IMG/VR virus record: IMGVR_UViG_3300014208_000024
Location: 128,001 to 192,000 of that record
DNA length: 64,000 bases
Strand: one strand, 5' to 3'
Source: a virus
Taxonomy: Duplodnaviria; Caudoviricetes
Positions 28,272-37,439 of this stretch are shown here, piece by piece. The position numbers and the translations under genes were made by a program. Below the pieces are notes generated by a model. It made no database searches, was not told where the DNA came from, and saw nothing but the letters and a program-made list of their open reading frames with translations. Every line of letters begins with the position of its first letter. Position 1 is the first letter of the stretch.

Positions 28272-30701
28272 TTAAAAATCCGAAAAATTTGCACCAGTTG
28301 GTAAAACTTGAAATTCTAAATCTATAAATTCGGCAGTGCGAGTTGGCTTAAGCTGAATCTTTCCAATTAACATATTTCTGTCGATTGTTTCTGAAGTGTT
28401 GTTGCTGTCGTCCATAACTACACGAAATGCTGTAAGTCCCCTCTGGTTCTGTATTTGCAATAAAATAGGCTCTACTTTTGCTAAGAACTGATCTCTTAAA
28501 GTTTGATCATTTTGTTCGAACAACAGTGTTAATGCTGCAGCAGAAATAAGTCTTCTAACTTGTAACAATAATCTTCTGATGTTAATTCTGTCAAGAGCAG
28601 ATTGTCTTTGTTGAAGAGTTTTTTGTCCCCAAATTACAATACCTTGTTGTACAAAACTTGCAATAGGATTAATTCTACCTTCATAAAGAACATCTCTTTC
28701 TTCTTTCGAAAGTTTAATATCTGTTCTTTTAACACTTGTTCCAGCTGTAGCTCTATTCAAACCAGCAGGAGCAAACCAAGGTGCTGCAACGTTATCTGTC
28801 AAAGCTAATGTTTTAATTGCCAATAATGTTGGAGCTTGATATGTATATTTTCCAGAAATTGGGTCTTCAATTTGAATCCATGGCCAGTAAGTACATGCAT
28901 AATTAGAATCAATTCCAGTAGCTTCAAGAGTTGAAACTGCTTCTTCTGGTGTTCCTCTTTCTGTTGTTCCATCAGTAGTAGAGAAAACTGAAAGTCTTGG
29001 AGAATCTATTACATAAAGAATATCAGCTCTGTCTTCGATCATACTCAAAGCATATTTAACTATTCCAGTGTTATTTTGATAATCAACACCAGGAGTTGCA
29101 AACAAATTAATATCTACTGCTTCTGGATTTGAAAATACAGCAATAGCTTCTAAAAATTTAGTATAATTATCAGTTTCGCTTTCAACAAATTCTAAATAAG
29201 GGTATTCAAAAGTTTTATATTTATTAAAACCGTCAAAACCACCAGCAGGAACCAATGTAAATTTAAGCTTAGCTTTATCTACAATTCCAGATGTAGCAGT
29301 TGTTGTATAAGCTGTTAAAGAAACTTTATCTCCAGAAACATAATATCTTGAATCTGCTGTATTTTCCATGTGGAAACCTTTTGTATTCGTAGTTGCAGAT
29401 GATACATCGCCTCCATGATAAACAAACAAATCGGCTTCTATTGATTTTACAGAATTTCTAACAGATACAATGCTTGAAGTTAAGCTTGTATATCCTAATT
29501 CAGAAATTCCAAGATATGTTTTAAAAGTTGAATCTCCTGAAAGATAAAGTGTTTTATAAAATATATTAGGAATTGTTCCAGCATCTCCAGAAGCGCTAGC
29601 TGCACCTCTTAAAACATAACCTTCAAAACCTGCAGGAACAGAATTTTCTGGATATCTATTAGCTAATTCAACTGTAATAAACATTGATTTACTTGGATAT
29701 TCCTCATCCCATGTTCCAATGTATTTTCCAATAAAATTAGAAGCAGTTTCGTCCAATGTCACATTTGAATATTTTTCTAATGCTGTTTGAGATGCTGTTG
29801 CATCAGTATCTTCAAATCTTCTAATTATAACGTCAAAAGTATAATTGTTTACATCTAAATTTGCAATTGATATTTTTATTTCTCTTGCAGATGCATCACC
29901 ATCAGAAATAGTGTGAAATCTGAATAATCTATGAACTTCTCCACCAACAACTCTGGAAACAATCCAAGGTGTTATTGAATGAGCATAATCATCTCCATAA
30001 TCTGTATATCCACCATCAGTTTTGTAAGTAAGGGTAGATTGAAGCGCATTTACTCCTGAAAATAAATTCCTAGCAACACCTTCTCTGATAAAATGTGGAT
30101 AAATTTCTTCAACATAAAGATTAATTGCACCTGTTATTACTTTTGGATTTTTTCCAAAAACTTTAACAATATAATTATCTTTTGTTTCATCTAAAGAAAC
30201 TGAAAGTCCGTTTGTATATGCTGTTAAAGGACCAGTTGCTGCACTTATAACAAAATCACTTAAAGGATTTACCATTCCAGTTGTTCCGATTGTAACAGCT
30301 GATTGAACATCAAAATATTTTGTACCAGTACTACTTTGTTTACTTCTTAAAATTGCTAAAGTAGAGCCAGAATAACTATTTGTTGTTGCAGTAGAAGCGC
30401 TTAATGTAATAAGCCAAGCTGGAGAGTTTGTAAAACCACCCTGTCCCAAAACTCTGGAGATTGTTAAATCATTAGCTTGTGCTAAAAAAGAATTAGCTAC
30501 ATAACCTAAAGGAAAATCTGGACTTGTTCCTCCAAATCTTAATGCAAATTCATCTGCGCTAGATACTTTTATTGCTTCAAAAGCAGGTCCTTTTTCTGTT
30601 TTTCCAGCTAAACCAAGTCTGGTGATACCAATTCTAGAAGCAAATACTGAGAAATCTTGTTCTCTTGTATAAACTCCTGGGCTAACGAATATTGTGGCCA
30701 T
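28272..30701 (-). CDS. gp18: Tail sheath protein (T4 gp18-like)
   Basis: MATIFVSPGVYTREQD; PWFAPAGLNR; LYEGRINPI; IWGQKTLQ; LDRINIRRLL; LKPTRTAEFI. Confidence 0.92.
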   Translation of the reverse strand: MATIFVSPGVYTREQDFSVFASRIGITRLGLAGKTEKGPAFEAIKVSSADEFALRFGGTSPDFPLGYVANSFLAQANDLTISRVLGQGGFTNSPAWLITLSASTATTNSYSGSTLAILRSKQSSTGTKYFDVQSAVTIGTTGMVNPLSDFVISAATGPLTAYTNGLSVSLDETKDNYIVKVFGKNPKVITGAINLYVEEIYPHFIREGVARNLFSGVNALQSTLTYKTDGGYTDYGDDYAHSITPWIVSRVVGGEVHRLFRFHTISDGDASAREIKISIANLDVNNYTFDVIIRRFEDTDATASQTALEKYSNVTLDETASNFIGKYIGTWDEEYPSKSMFITVELANRYPENSVPAGFEGYVLRGAASASGDAGTIPNIFYKTLYLSGDSTFKTYLGISELGYTSLTSSIVSVRNSVKSIEADLFVYHGGDVSSATTNTKGFHMENTADSRYYVSGDKVSLTAYTTTATSGIVDKAKLKFTLVPAGGFDGFNKYKTFEYPYLEFVESETDNYTKFLEAIAVFSNPEAVDINLFATPGVDYQNNTGIVKYALSMIEDRADILYVIDSPRLSVFSTTDGTTERGTPEEAVSTLEATGIDSNYACTYWPWIQIEDPISGKYTYQAPTLLAIKTLALTDNVAAPWFAPAGLNRATAGTSVKRTDIKLSKEERDVLYEGRINPIASFVQQGIVIWGQKTLQQRQSALDRINIRRLLLQVRRLISAAALTLLFEQNDQTLRDQFLAKVEPILLQIQNQRGLTAFRVVMDDSNNTSETIDRNMLIGKIQLKPTRTAEFIDLEFQVLPTGANFSDF

Positions 30702-30759
30702 GTTTTTTTATTTTTAAATTATTGTTTCTAATAAATAGATAAAAAAAGTATAAATTATT

Positions 30760-31470
30760 TTATTTCTCAGAAATTTTAATAGAAATTTTCTTTATCGTAT
30801 TTACTTTCTCAAAATCTGTAGGGTCAACTATTTTTCCTAAAATAGTAACAGGGACTGAAATTTGATAAACTCTCTCTGAACTAATATCATCTAAAGACGA
30901 TTCATCACTGGGTTCCCCCATCTTTAAAGCAATATCATAACCATTAGCTTTTATATATCCTTGGCCGTTACTATATGCTCTATCCAACATCATTTCATAA
31001 AAATCATCTACATCTTCCATATAATGACCTACAAATTTTACATCAAATTCAATATCAACATATGCTGGTTGTGGAATTTTATATAAATCATATCCCTTTA
31101 ATGTACCATCAAATGTTGGAACTTTCACAAAAGTAAACATTTTTTTATTCGGTATAGTATATTTATTTGGAGCCGTTCCTCTTTTTACTGCAGTTCTTAT
31201 TAAAGCAATAAATGGTCTTGCCATTTCTTCTCCATTTTCTGATCTCATCTCTTTCCAATTCATTTTTCTTTCAGCCCACAACTCTTGAGAAATATAAACT
31301 ACTGGAACTCTTCTTGACAGTCCGTTTTCCATAATCAAATGTAAATTTTGACTTTCAATAAATTGTTTAAAACCTAAACTTAAATCTTCGATATTAAGAC
31401 GTTGTGGTAAAAAGTTGTGGTTTTTAAACTGATTATCAAGGTTTTTACCTATGTTTCTTAAAGCACTCAT
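30760..31470 (-). CDS. Tail terminator / sheath stabiliser (T4 gp15/gp3-like)
   Basis: VPVVY..ELW..ARPFIALIRT..IPQPAYVDIEFDV; position next to sheath and neck genes. Confidence 0.55.
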   Translation of the reverse strand: MSALRNIGKNLDNQFKNHNFLPQRLNIEDLSLGFKQFIESQNLHLIMENGLSRRVPVVYISQELWAERKMNWKEMRSENGEEMARPFIALIRTAVKRGTAPNKYTIPNKKMFTFVKVPTFDGTLKGYDLYKIPQPAYVDIEFDVKFVGHYMEDVDDFYEMMLDRAYSNGQGYIKANGYDIALKMGEPSDESSLDDISSERVYQISVPVTILGKIVDPTDFEKVNTIKKISIKISEK

Positions 31471-31499
31471 TAATTTTTATTATAAATAGTGAAAAAATA

Positions 31500-31531
31500 T
31501 TTGCTTTAAAACTATTTTTTTTTTATATTTG
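31500..31531 (+). promoter_or_regulatory. Consensus Bacteroidota promoter with no downstream ORF
   Basis: TTTG(31500-31503)-N20-TATATTTG(31524-31531). Confidence 0.7.
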
Positions 31532-31534
31532 CTC

Positions 31535-31830
31535 TGAAATTATTTTTTACTTATAGATAGACGGCTAAAAACACCTGATCTATATTTTAAGTCCATCAAG
31601 GGAACCAATTTGGACACTGGAGAACAACAGGAACAAACCAGGGAGGCGATTTACTTACAATCGATAGTGTTCCAAGCCAATCAAGGTAAGTGATTAGATT
31701 GGTTGCAAAGGAGGGGGGCGATACTCAAGAAAGTATATATTCCTTATACCATAAATGCAGAGTTCTCAAATCTAAGTAAATTTTGCTTGGGTAAGGGGGA
31801 ACTCTGCTTCGAAAAAAGGCTCAATCTAAG
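31535..31830 (+). ncRNA. Candidate structured non-coding RNA, family unknown
   Basis: No ATG-started ORF; 105/260 GC by hand count over 31561-31820; at least six helices, including 31757-31767/31797-31807 (11 bp); G-U pairs favour the plus strand. Ends approximate. Confidence 0.6.
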
Positions 31831-31891
31831 AAAATATTCCTAAGTAACTTGTATATATAAAAGTAACTTATATTAATATAAGGGCAAATTT

Positions 31892-32458
31892 TTACCTTCC
31901 TTTCATAATGTCTTCATCAACTTCTACTCCTTTAATTGTAATATAGAATCTTCTATCTCCAGCCCAAGAGTGTTTATTAGAAATTTGAGAATATCCATCA
32001 TCAATTATTTGAAAAAACTGACCTTTATAATTAACATAATCCCCCATTTTAATTTTAGTGATTATTATATTTCCATCTTCTCTTTCAATTAAATCTAATT
32101 CTCTTATTTGTTCTAAATATATATGTGCAGTTAAATTACCAAAACCTTTTTTAGTAAGACCACCTTTAGTTTGATAAGAAGGATCAGTTACTTCTACGTT
32201 TATTCTACCAAAAATTTCTATTGGAGATAAATAATGTTTTATTTTTGCTTCTCCATATAAAGGATGAACCTTAGTTTTTTTATAATCGATTTTAAATAAG
32301 AGAAAACTTGTTTGTAATATTTCCTCAGTAATTTCTCTTCCAGTATTTGTAAAAAAATCTGCCTCTTTATCAGAAAAAAATGTTTTCAAACCCTTTACGT
32401 CATGTAAAAGTTTAGATACATCTTCTTGATTTTTTCCTATTTCGTTTATATCAGCCAT
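31892..32458 (-). CDS. Neck/head-closure protein (T4 gp14-like)
   Basis: TKVHPLYGEA..K....IEIFGRI..GNLTAHIY..IKMGDYV; follows the gp13-like gene. Confidence 0.6.
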   Translation of the reverse strand: MADINEIGKNQEDVSKLLHDVKGLKTFFSDKEADFFTNTGREITEEILQTSFLLFKIDYKKTKVHPLYGEAKIKHYLSPIEIFGRINVEVTDPSYQTKGGLTKKGFGNLTAHIYLEQIRELDLIEREDGNIIITKIKMGDYVNYKGQFFQIIDDGYSQISNKHSWAGDRRFYITIKGVEVDEDIMKGR

Positions 32459-32464
32459 ATTGTT

Positions 32465-33667
32465 TTACCACAAATAAAGTCCCATTGGACCATAACTTAA
32501 TGCTTTGTTTACATTTTCCTGGACTAAAGCTCTTTTTTCCATGATCTTGTCATAGCTTAATTCTTCCAATTGAAGTTTTAATTCTTCTTTTAAATCTTTT
32601 TTATCTTCTCTTGCAGTGGAAATTAAATCATCTTTATTAAGAGTCATTTCTGCATCTGGTATTGGAAGTTGTCCATTAAATTTTCCCCTTATACCTATTC
32701 CTAGTAATTCTTTTGACAGTGCTTGGGCATATTTTTTAACCCATGTTTGTGCCATAGAATTTAATTGCATAAAAGATAAATAATTTAGTTTTACTTGAGC
32801 TGGAGAAGAAACCAACCCATTTCCTTGATATCCTTGTGATATTTGAGTTTGAGAATATCCTGTCCATCCAGGATTAGCTGAATTTCCAGAATAATCTGGA
32901 TTTCCATAATTTCCAGATCTATCATAGTAATAATAAAACACAGTTCCAGGTGTTCCAGCACCCCCTCCAATTCCACCAGCATTATCACCACTTCCTATAC
33001 CATTATTTGGTCTTGGTATTGGATAAAGTGTTAAAACTTTTGTACCATCAGCTCCTGGCCTTATTAAATATGAATATTCAGCTCCTCTAACTCTATTTCT
33101 TAATTCAGCAGCCTGAGCAGTCATAATTGTATCAAAAACTGGCATTACATGATAAAGAGTGTGTCCAGCAAATGAAGCACCGAATTCAGAAAAAGCAATG
33201 TTTGTATTAGCGAATGGATCTAAACCAAATAAATTAATAAAAGAAGGAGTAAACCATAAAACATCGTTTACTTCACGATTTTGTGGAATTATATAATGTT
33301 GTGTTCCAGCAGTTAAAACTATAGATGTTAATTTTAACTCTCTAGTTCCATTAGCACCCAATCCCGCTTGTTCTGCAATAGCTTTTCCGAAACTTTCTTC
33401 AAAATATAAACTATTTGAAACATATTTCATTGTAAAATCTATGTCTGAGGATAAACCTAACATTTCTCCTAATCTATTTACGAGAACCCAATTGTTTATA
33501 TATGTAGAATATTCCTCTATAGATTCACAAATACATTCTTCTATTTGTTCATCTAATAGTTCAACTTGCATTACGGGGGCACCGATTTTCCTTCTTATTC
33601 TATTAATAAGAGAAGTTTTATCAGTTTCTGACATTCCCGAAAGACATCTATCTGTGCAAAATGACAT
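32465..33667 (-). CDS. Neck/head-tail adaptor protein (T4 gp13-like)
   Basis: IRRKIGAPVMQVELLDEQIEECI; WVKKYAQALSKELLG..RGKF.G.LPIP...LN.DDL. Confidence 0.75.
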   Translation of the reverse strand: MSFCTDRCLSGMSETDKTSLINRIRRKIGAPVMQVELLDEQIEECICESIEEYSTYINNWVLVNRLGEMLGLSSDIDFTMKYVSNSLYFEESFGKAIAEQAGLGANGTRELKLTSIVLTAGTQHYIIPQNREVNDVLWFTPSFINLFGLDPFANTNIAFSEFGASFAGHTLYHVMPVFDTIMTAQAAELRNRVRGAEYSYLIRPGADGTKVLTLYPIPRPNNGIGSGDNAGGIGGGAGTPGTVFYYYYDRSGNYGNPDYSGNSANPGWTGYSQTQISQGYQGNGLVSSPAQVKLNYLSFMQLNSMAQTWVKKYAQALSKELLGIGIRGKFNGQLPIPDAEMTLNKDDLISTAREDKKDLKEELKLQLEELSYDKIMEKRALVQENVNKALSYGPMGLYLW

Positions 33668-33685
33668 AGTGATTTTTATTTAAAA

Positions 33686-33973
33686 TTAATATCTGTAGTA
33701 AGGTTTTTGACTTCCAGGTTGGTTTTGATTTTTAAAACCAACAAACAATCCACTAGAAACAATACAGCTTCCCAATAATATATCTATTGATTGTCCAGGA
33801 GTTGCTCCCCAAGCGAATGTTCCACCACCCAATGCGGTCATTGAAATTGTACCAGCGCTTACGCAAAATACTTGATGAACTGTTGTTGCTGAAAAACCAT
33901 CACCTAAAGTTGATGCTGTGTATGAACCAGCAGGTAGAATTTTTGCTTCATAATTTGTATTAAAAGTTGCCAT
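33686..33973 (-). CDS. Small putative virion protein, 95 aa
   Basis: Start moved to MATFNTNY (33973), 14 nt below CTATTTATA; the longer track ORF runs through a terminator. Confidence 0.65.
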   Translation of the reverse strand: MATFNTNYEAKILPAGSYTASTLGDGFSATTVHQVFCVSAGTISMTALGGGTFAWGATPGQSIDILLGSCIVSSGLFVGFKNQNQPGSQKPYYRY

Positions 33974-34007
33974 AAAATTATTTTTTTTATAAATAGTTAT
34001 AAAATAT

Positions 34008-34034
34008 AAAAGCCCAACAAACAAATGGGCTTTT
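34008..34034 (-). terminator. Intrinsic terminator
   Basis: AAAAGCCCA-N9-TGGGCTTTT. Confidence 0.7.
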
Positions 34035-34061
34035 ATAAAAATAGTTTTATGATGTTAAAAA

Positions 34062-35558
34062 TTAAAGTATAAGTTCATATTTAAATTTTCCACAATCCCA
34101 AATTCTATCATATTTTAACATTTGCATCATTTCCCATTCTGTTTTTTTTTCGTCATAAATTTCTGGAAATTTCTTTTTTAATGATGATTTTCCAAAAGAG
34201 AATTTGTGAAATCTTTTAAATCTACTAACTTTAGAATTATAATATGTATAGTCAGGTTTAAGAATTTGTGTTAATATAAATCCCGTCTTTGTATATAAAT
34301 TATTTTCTTTATTTAATGTCCATCTTCTATCGGCAAAACTTATTATTTTATTGGGATTATAATTTTTTATAAAAAATTTTAATATCTTACCAAAAATTCC
34401 AGGAACATTATAATTAAAATTTACACAGAATCTTTTAAGCTCAAACAAATCATTGTTTTTATTTTTTCCGTTCATTTGTCTTATATTGTCAAACGTCATT
34501 ACTGCAATTAATTCATTATTAAAAAAAGCACCTAATTTTATATTTGATTTATCTTCTCCTTGAATATGATATTTATTTAAAAAGATATCTTTTTCAATAG
34601 AATTTAATTCTTTTATTTGGCAACTTCTTGCATGAATATTTTTAAGATTTGATTTTTGAAATATATGTTTTAATTTATTTTTTACTATTTCATTTTTTAG
34701 TTCCCATTCATCTTCTGTAATGTGTATAAGAAAATAACCTTTTTTATTCATTAAATTTGTTTTATTTAAATGAAAATTTTTTAATTTACCTCCATAATTT
34801 TCGGTATGATATAAGTTTCCATTAAATTCTATTCCTATTTTATTTGTATGATTTATTATATCTATTTCTACACCACTTAAAAATTTTCTATTATTATTAT
34901 CAAAATCTATATTTAAAGAAGTTAAAAATTGTTTAAGTGAAATTTCAGGTTTTGATATATATGAATTTTTTATTTTTGTAGTGGCATTTTTTAAATTTTT
35001 TGAGGTTCTTTTTATAAATGATTGAGAATGATAAACTTCATTTGGATACATTTCTTTATATTTTTCTAAGTCTATTTTGTGTTTTTTTAAGTGTGTATTT
35101 GTTAATGTTTTTAATTTTTTATCACATATTTTACAAATAACATAATTATCTTTATTAGATAACATCTTTTCTTTATTTTTTTTGTTATCAACAAATGTTT
35201 TAAAAAGAAATTTTTCTTCTGGAAATTTTTTTAAATATTGTTCTGTATCTAAATTGTGATGTTTTAATAAATGTATTGTATATTGTCCTGAATTGTTGTT
35301 AATATCTTTGGTTTCCCAATTACAAAACTTACACTTTTTTAACTCTATTTCCTTTTCAATTTTTTTAATATCAAAATATTGTTCATGCCAAAATTTACCA
35401 GTATCTATTTTATATTTTCTTTTTATAAAATTAGATGGATGAATTAAATCTGGGTATATTTTTTTTATATGTTCTGTTAATACACCAGATGAATTTTTAT
35501 AGTCTTTAAAAACTTTTTTTGTTTTTTTACATGTTGCAACTATATATTCTTTTTTCAT
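34062..35558 (-). CDS. C2H2 zinc-finger + Hef-like PD-(D/E)xK nuclease + Mom-like GNAT fusion
   Basis: CKFC..HLLKHH, CKIC..HLKKH; EIDII..KIGIEFNGNLYH..IHITEDEW; HIQG..LIAVMTF..FELKRFC..IISFADRRW..LYTKTGF. Confidence 0.7.
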   Translation of the reverse strand: MKKEYIVATCKKTKKVFKDYKNSSGVLTEHIKKIYPDLIHPSNFIKRKYKIDTGKFWHEQYFDIKKIEKEIELKKCKFCNWETKDINNNSGQYTIHLLKHHNLDTEQYLKKFPEEKFLFKTFVDNKKNKEKMLSNKDNYVICKICDKKLKTLTNTHLKKHKIDLEKYKEMYPNEVYHSQSFIKRTSKNLKNATTKIKNSYISKPEISLKQFLTSLNIDFDNNNRKFLSGVEIDIINHTNKIGIEFNGNLYHTENYGGKLKNFHLNKTNLMNKKGYFLIHITEDEWELKNEIVKNKLKHIFQKSNLKNIHARSCQIKELNSIEKDIFLNKYHIQGEDKSNIKLGAFFNNELIAVMTFDNIRQMNGKNKNNDLFELKRFCVNFNYNVPGIFGKILKFFIKNYNPNKIISFADRRWTLNKENNLYTKTGFILTQILKPDYTYYNSKVSRFKRFHKFSFGKSSLKKKFPEIYDEKKTEWEMMQMLKYDRIWDCGKFKYELIL

Positions 35559-35650
35559 AATGATATTTTTTATATTATACGTTTTTTATTATAAATAGTT
35601 ATAAAAAAAGTCAAAACACCTAATTTAGGAATTAAATTTAATTAAAAAAA

Positions 35651-35672
35651 AGAGGCTGAAAAATCAGCCTCT
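35651..35672 (-). terminator. Intrinsic terminator after major capsid gene
   Basis: AGAGGCTGA-N4-TCAGCCTCT with minus-strand T run. Confidence 0.8.
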
Positions 35673-35692
35673 CTTTATTATAACTACTCAGA

Positions 35693-37375
35693 TTAGTAAG
35701 TATTGATGTTGTCAATGTAGATAACACCGTAGAACCTGTTGTTAACCATTTTCTTAGCGTAACGGGTCATGATACCTTTACGAGGTGTGAAGTCGTTAGG
35801 ATCAGTGATAGTTTGTGTTAATTGCAATGGAATATAAGGTGCATAGATGTAACCTGCTTCAAGGAAGGTGTTACCTTTATGTCCTAAGATTACCAAAGAT
35901 GCTGGTAAATAAGGATCTTTGTATACTACGTAACGTGAACCTAAGTTTCCAATTTTCTCAACTCCCAAGTTGTATTTTTCAGATTCTGGAGAAGCTGAAG
36001 TATCTACGTGGAAATATTCGAGATCATCAAAAATTGCTCCTGCTTCAGCAGAACAAACTACCCAGTTTGCACCACCACGAAGAGTTGCTTTGTGGATTTG
36101 TGCAGAAAGTTCGTTAATTCTAGTGATAAGAGTTTGATTCCAGTCTTTCTGTGTTCCAAAGAAGTTAGCGTTATTAGCTAAACCTTGGTAATCCCAACGA
36201 GCACGGAAAGGAGCTTGGTTTGCAATGTCAATAATAATTTCCCTGTCAATTTCAGCAGCAACGTGCTCTGATAACAAAGCTGTTAATTCAGCTTCAGCAT
36301 CAATTGAGTGGTATGCTTCTAAGTCTTGAGCTAATTCAGGAGTCCAATGTGCACGTAATTTACGTGTAATTGTGTTAACAGTTACAGATGAAAATCTCAA
36401 TGTGATTTCAGACATTTCTGACTTACCTTCAAGATCATTGTAAATTTCAAAAGCAGCATTAAAAGGAACTGCAAAAACAGAACCAAATGAACCAGCACCG
36501 TTATTTAACATATCTGTGTTAAAATCTGTACCAATTACTGAAGCTGGTCTTAAGTCAAACACTATATTTGCTAAACCGCTATCAAATTGATCAAGACCCC
36601 ATTGTTGCATTTGTGAGAAATAAGGAATACTTCCACCGTTAGCAACAATAAGAATGTTTTGTGAACCTGCACTGTAATAAATTGCTGTTTGAGCAGAAAA
36701 TCTTACAGTTGCGCTTGATTGTTGTTTGGAAATGTTAAAATCGTTTCCTAACCATGTAGTAACAGCTTTTAAACCATTAGCAAAATTACTTCCGCTTAAT
36801 ACTGTAGCAGGAGTATTTGAACTATTTGTATAAGCATGTGTTACTGTTTCACCAGTACCAAATGATAAGTCAAAACCACGGTTATTATAGAATCTTTCGT
36901 AAGCTGTTGTGCTTGCAAAATTAGGACCTGCATTTCCATTAGCTGTATTTGCAGGAGCTACGATACTTCTTTTACCGTTTGCAGTTTGCCATGCAGTTTC
37001 GTGAGAAATACCAGTTTGTTGTGTACTGTCTGTACCAGCAAAAGATACTCTTGCATCCATGTAGAATAAAAGACCTGAAGGCAATGCTAAAGGTTGTACA
37101 GATACGATTTCATTAGCTAAAAGACGAGAAAAAACTCTACGTACAATTGGAAAAGCTACTGTATCAAATCTACCTGCTGATGCATCCAATGTTACTTCAT
37201 TTAACATGTGGTGTGCTTGGTTTTCTAAAAGTTGTGCAATGTTAGTTTTCTTCATACCTTGAAGGTTTTCTAGAAGACCAGATTCACTCCAGTTTCTAAC
37301 GATTGCTTTTCTTTGTTCGGCGAGGTCTTTGAAAACTGTGAGACCTACTTTACCGCTGTTTAATAATTCACCCAT
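35693..37375 (-). CDS. gp23: Major capsid protein (T4 gp23-like)
   Basis: AFPIVRRVF..ANEIVSVQPL; RKLRAHWTPELAQDLEAYHSIDAEAEL; YIYAPYIPL; PRKGIMTRY. Confidence 0.95.
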   Translation of the reverse strand: MGELLNSGKVGLTVFKDLAEQRKAIVRNWSESGLLENLQGMKKTNIAQLLENQAHHMLNEVTLDASAGRFDTVAFPIVRRVFSRLLANEIVSVQPLALPSGLLFYMDARVSFAGTDSTQQTGISHETAWQTANGKRSIVAPANTANGNAGPNFASTTAYERFYNNRGFDLSFGTGETVTHAYTNSSNTPATVLSGSNFANGLKAVTTWLGNDFNISKQQSSATVRFSAQTAIYYSAGSQNILIVANGGSIPYFSQMQQWGLDQFDSGLANIVFDLRPASVIGTDFNTDMLNNGAGSFGSVFAVPFNAAFEIYNDLEGKSEMSEITLRFSSVTVNTITRKLRAHWTPELAQDLEAYHSIDAEAELTALLSEHVAAEIDREIIIDIANQAPFRARWDYQGLANNANFFGTQKDWNQTLITRINELSAQIHKATLRGGANWVVCSAEAGAIFDDLEYFHVDTSASPESEKYNLGVEKIGNLGSRYVVYKDPYLPASLVILGHKGNTFLEAGYIYAPYIPLQLTQTITDPNDFTPRKGIMTRYAKKMVNNRFYGVIYIDNINTY

Positions 37376-37414
37376 TTTTTTAATTTTTTGTTGTTTGTTT
37401 ATTTGTTTGAAAAC

Positions 37415-37423
37415 TATAAATAG
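37415..37423 (-). promoter_or_regulatory. Putative late-promoter motif CTATTTATA (MCP)
   Basis: 39 nt upstream of MCP ATG. Confidence 0.6.
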
Positions 37424-37439
37424 TTAAAATTTTTTGAAA

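Noticed and set aside
31538-31693. About 50-codon open frame in the candidate ncRNA
   Set aside because: No ATG/GTG/TTG at its 5' end and no recognisable protein; base-pairing explains the composition better.
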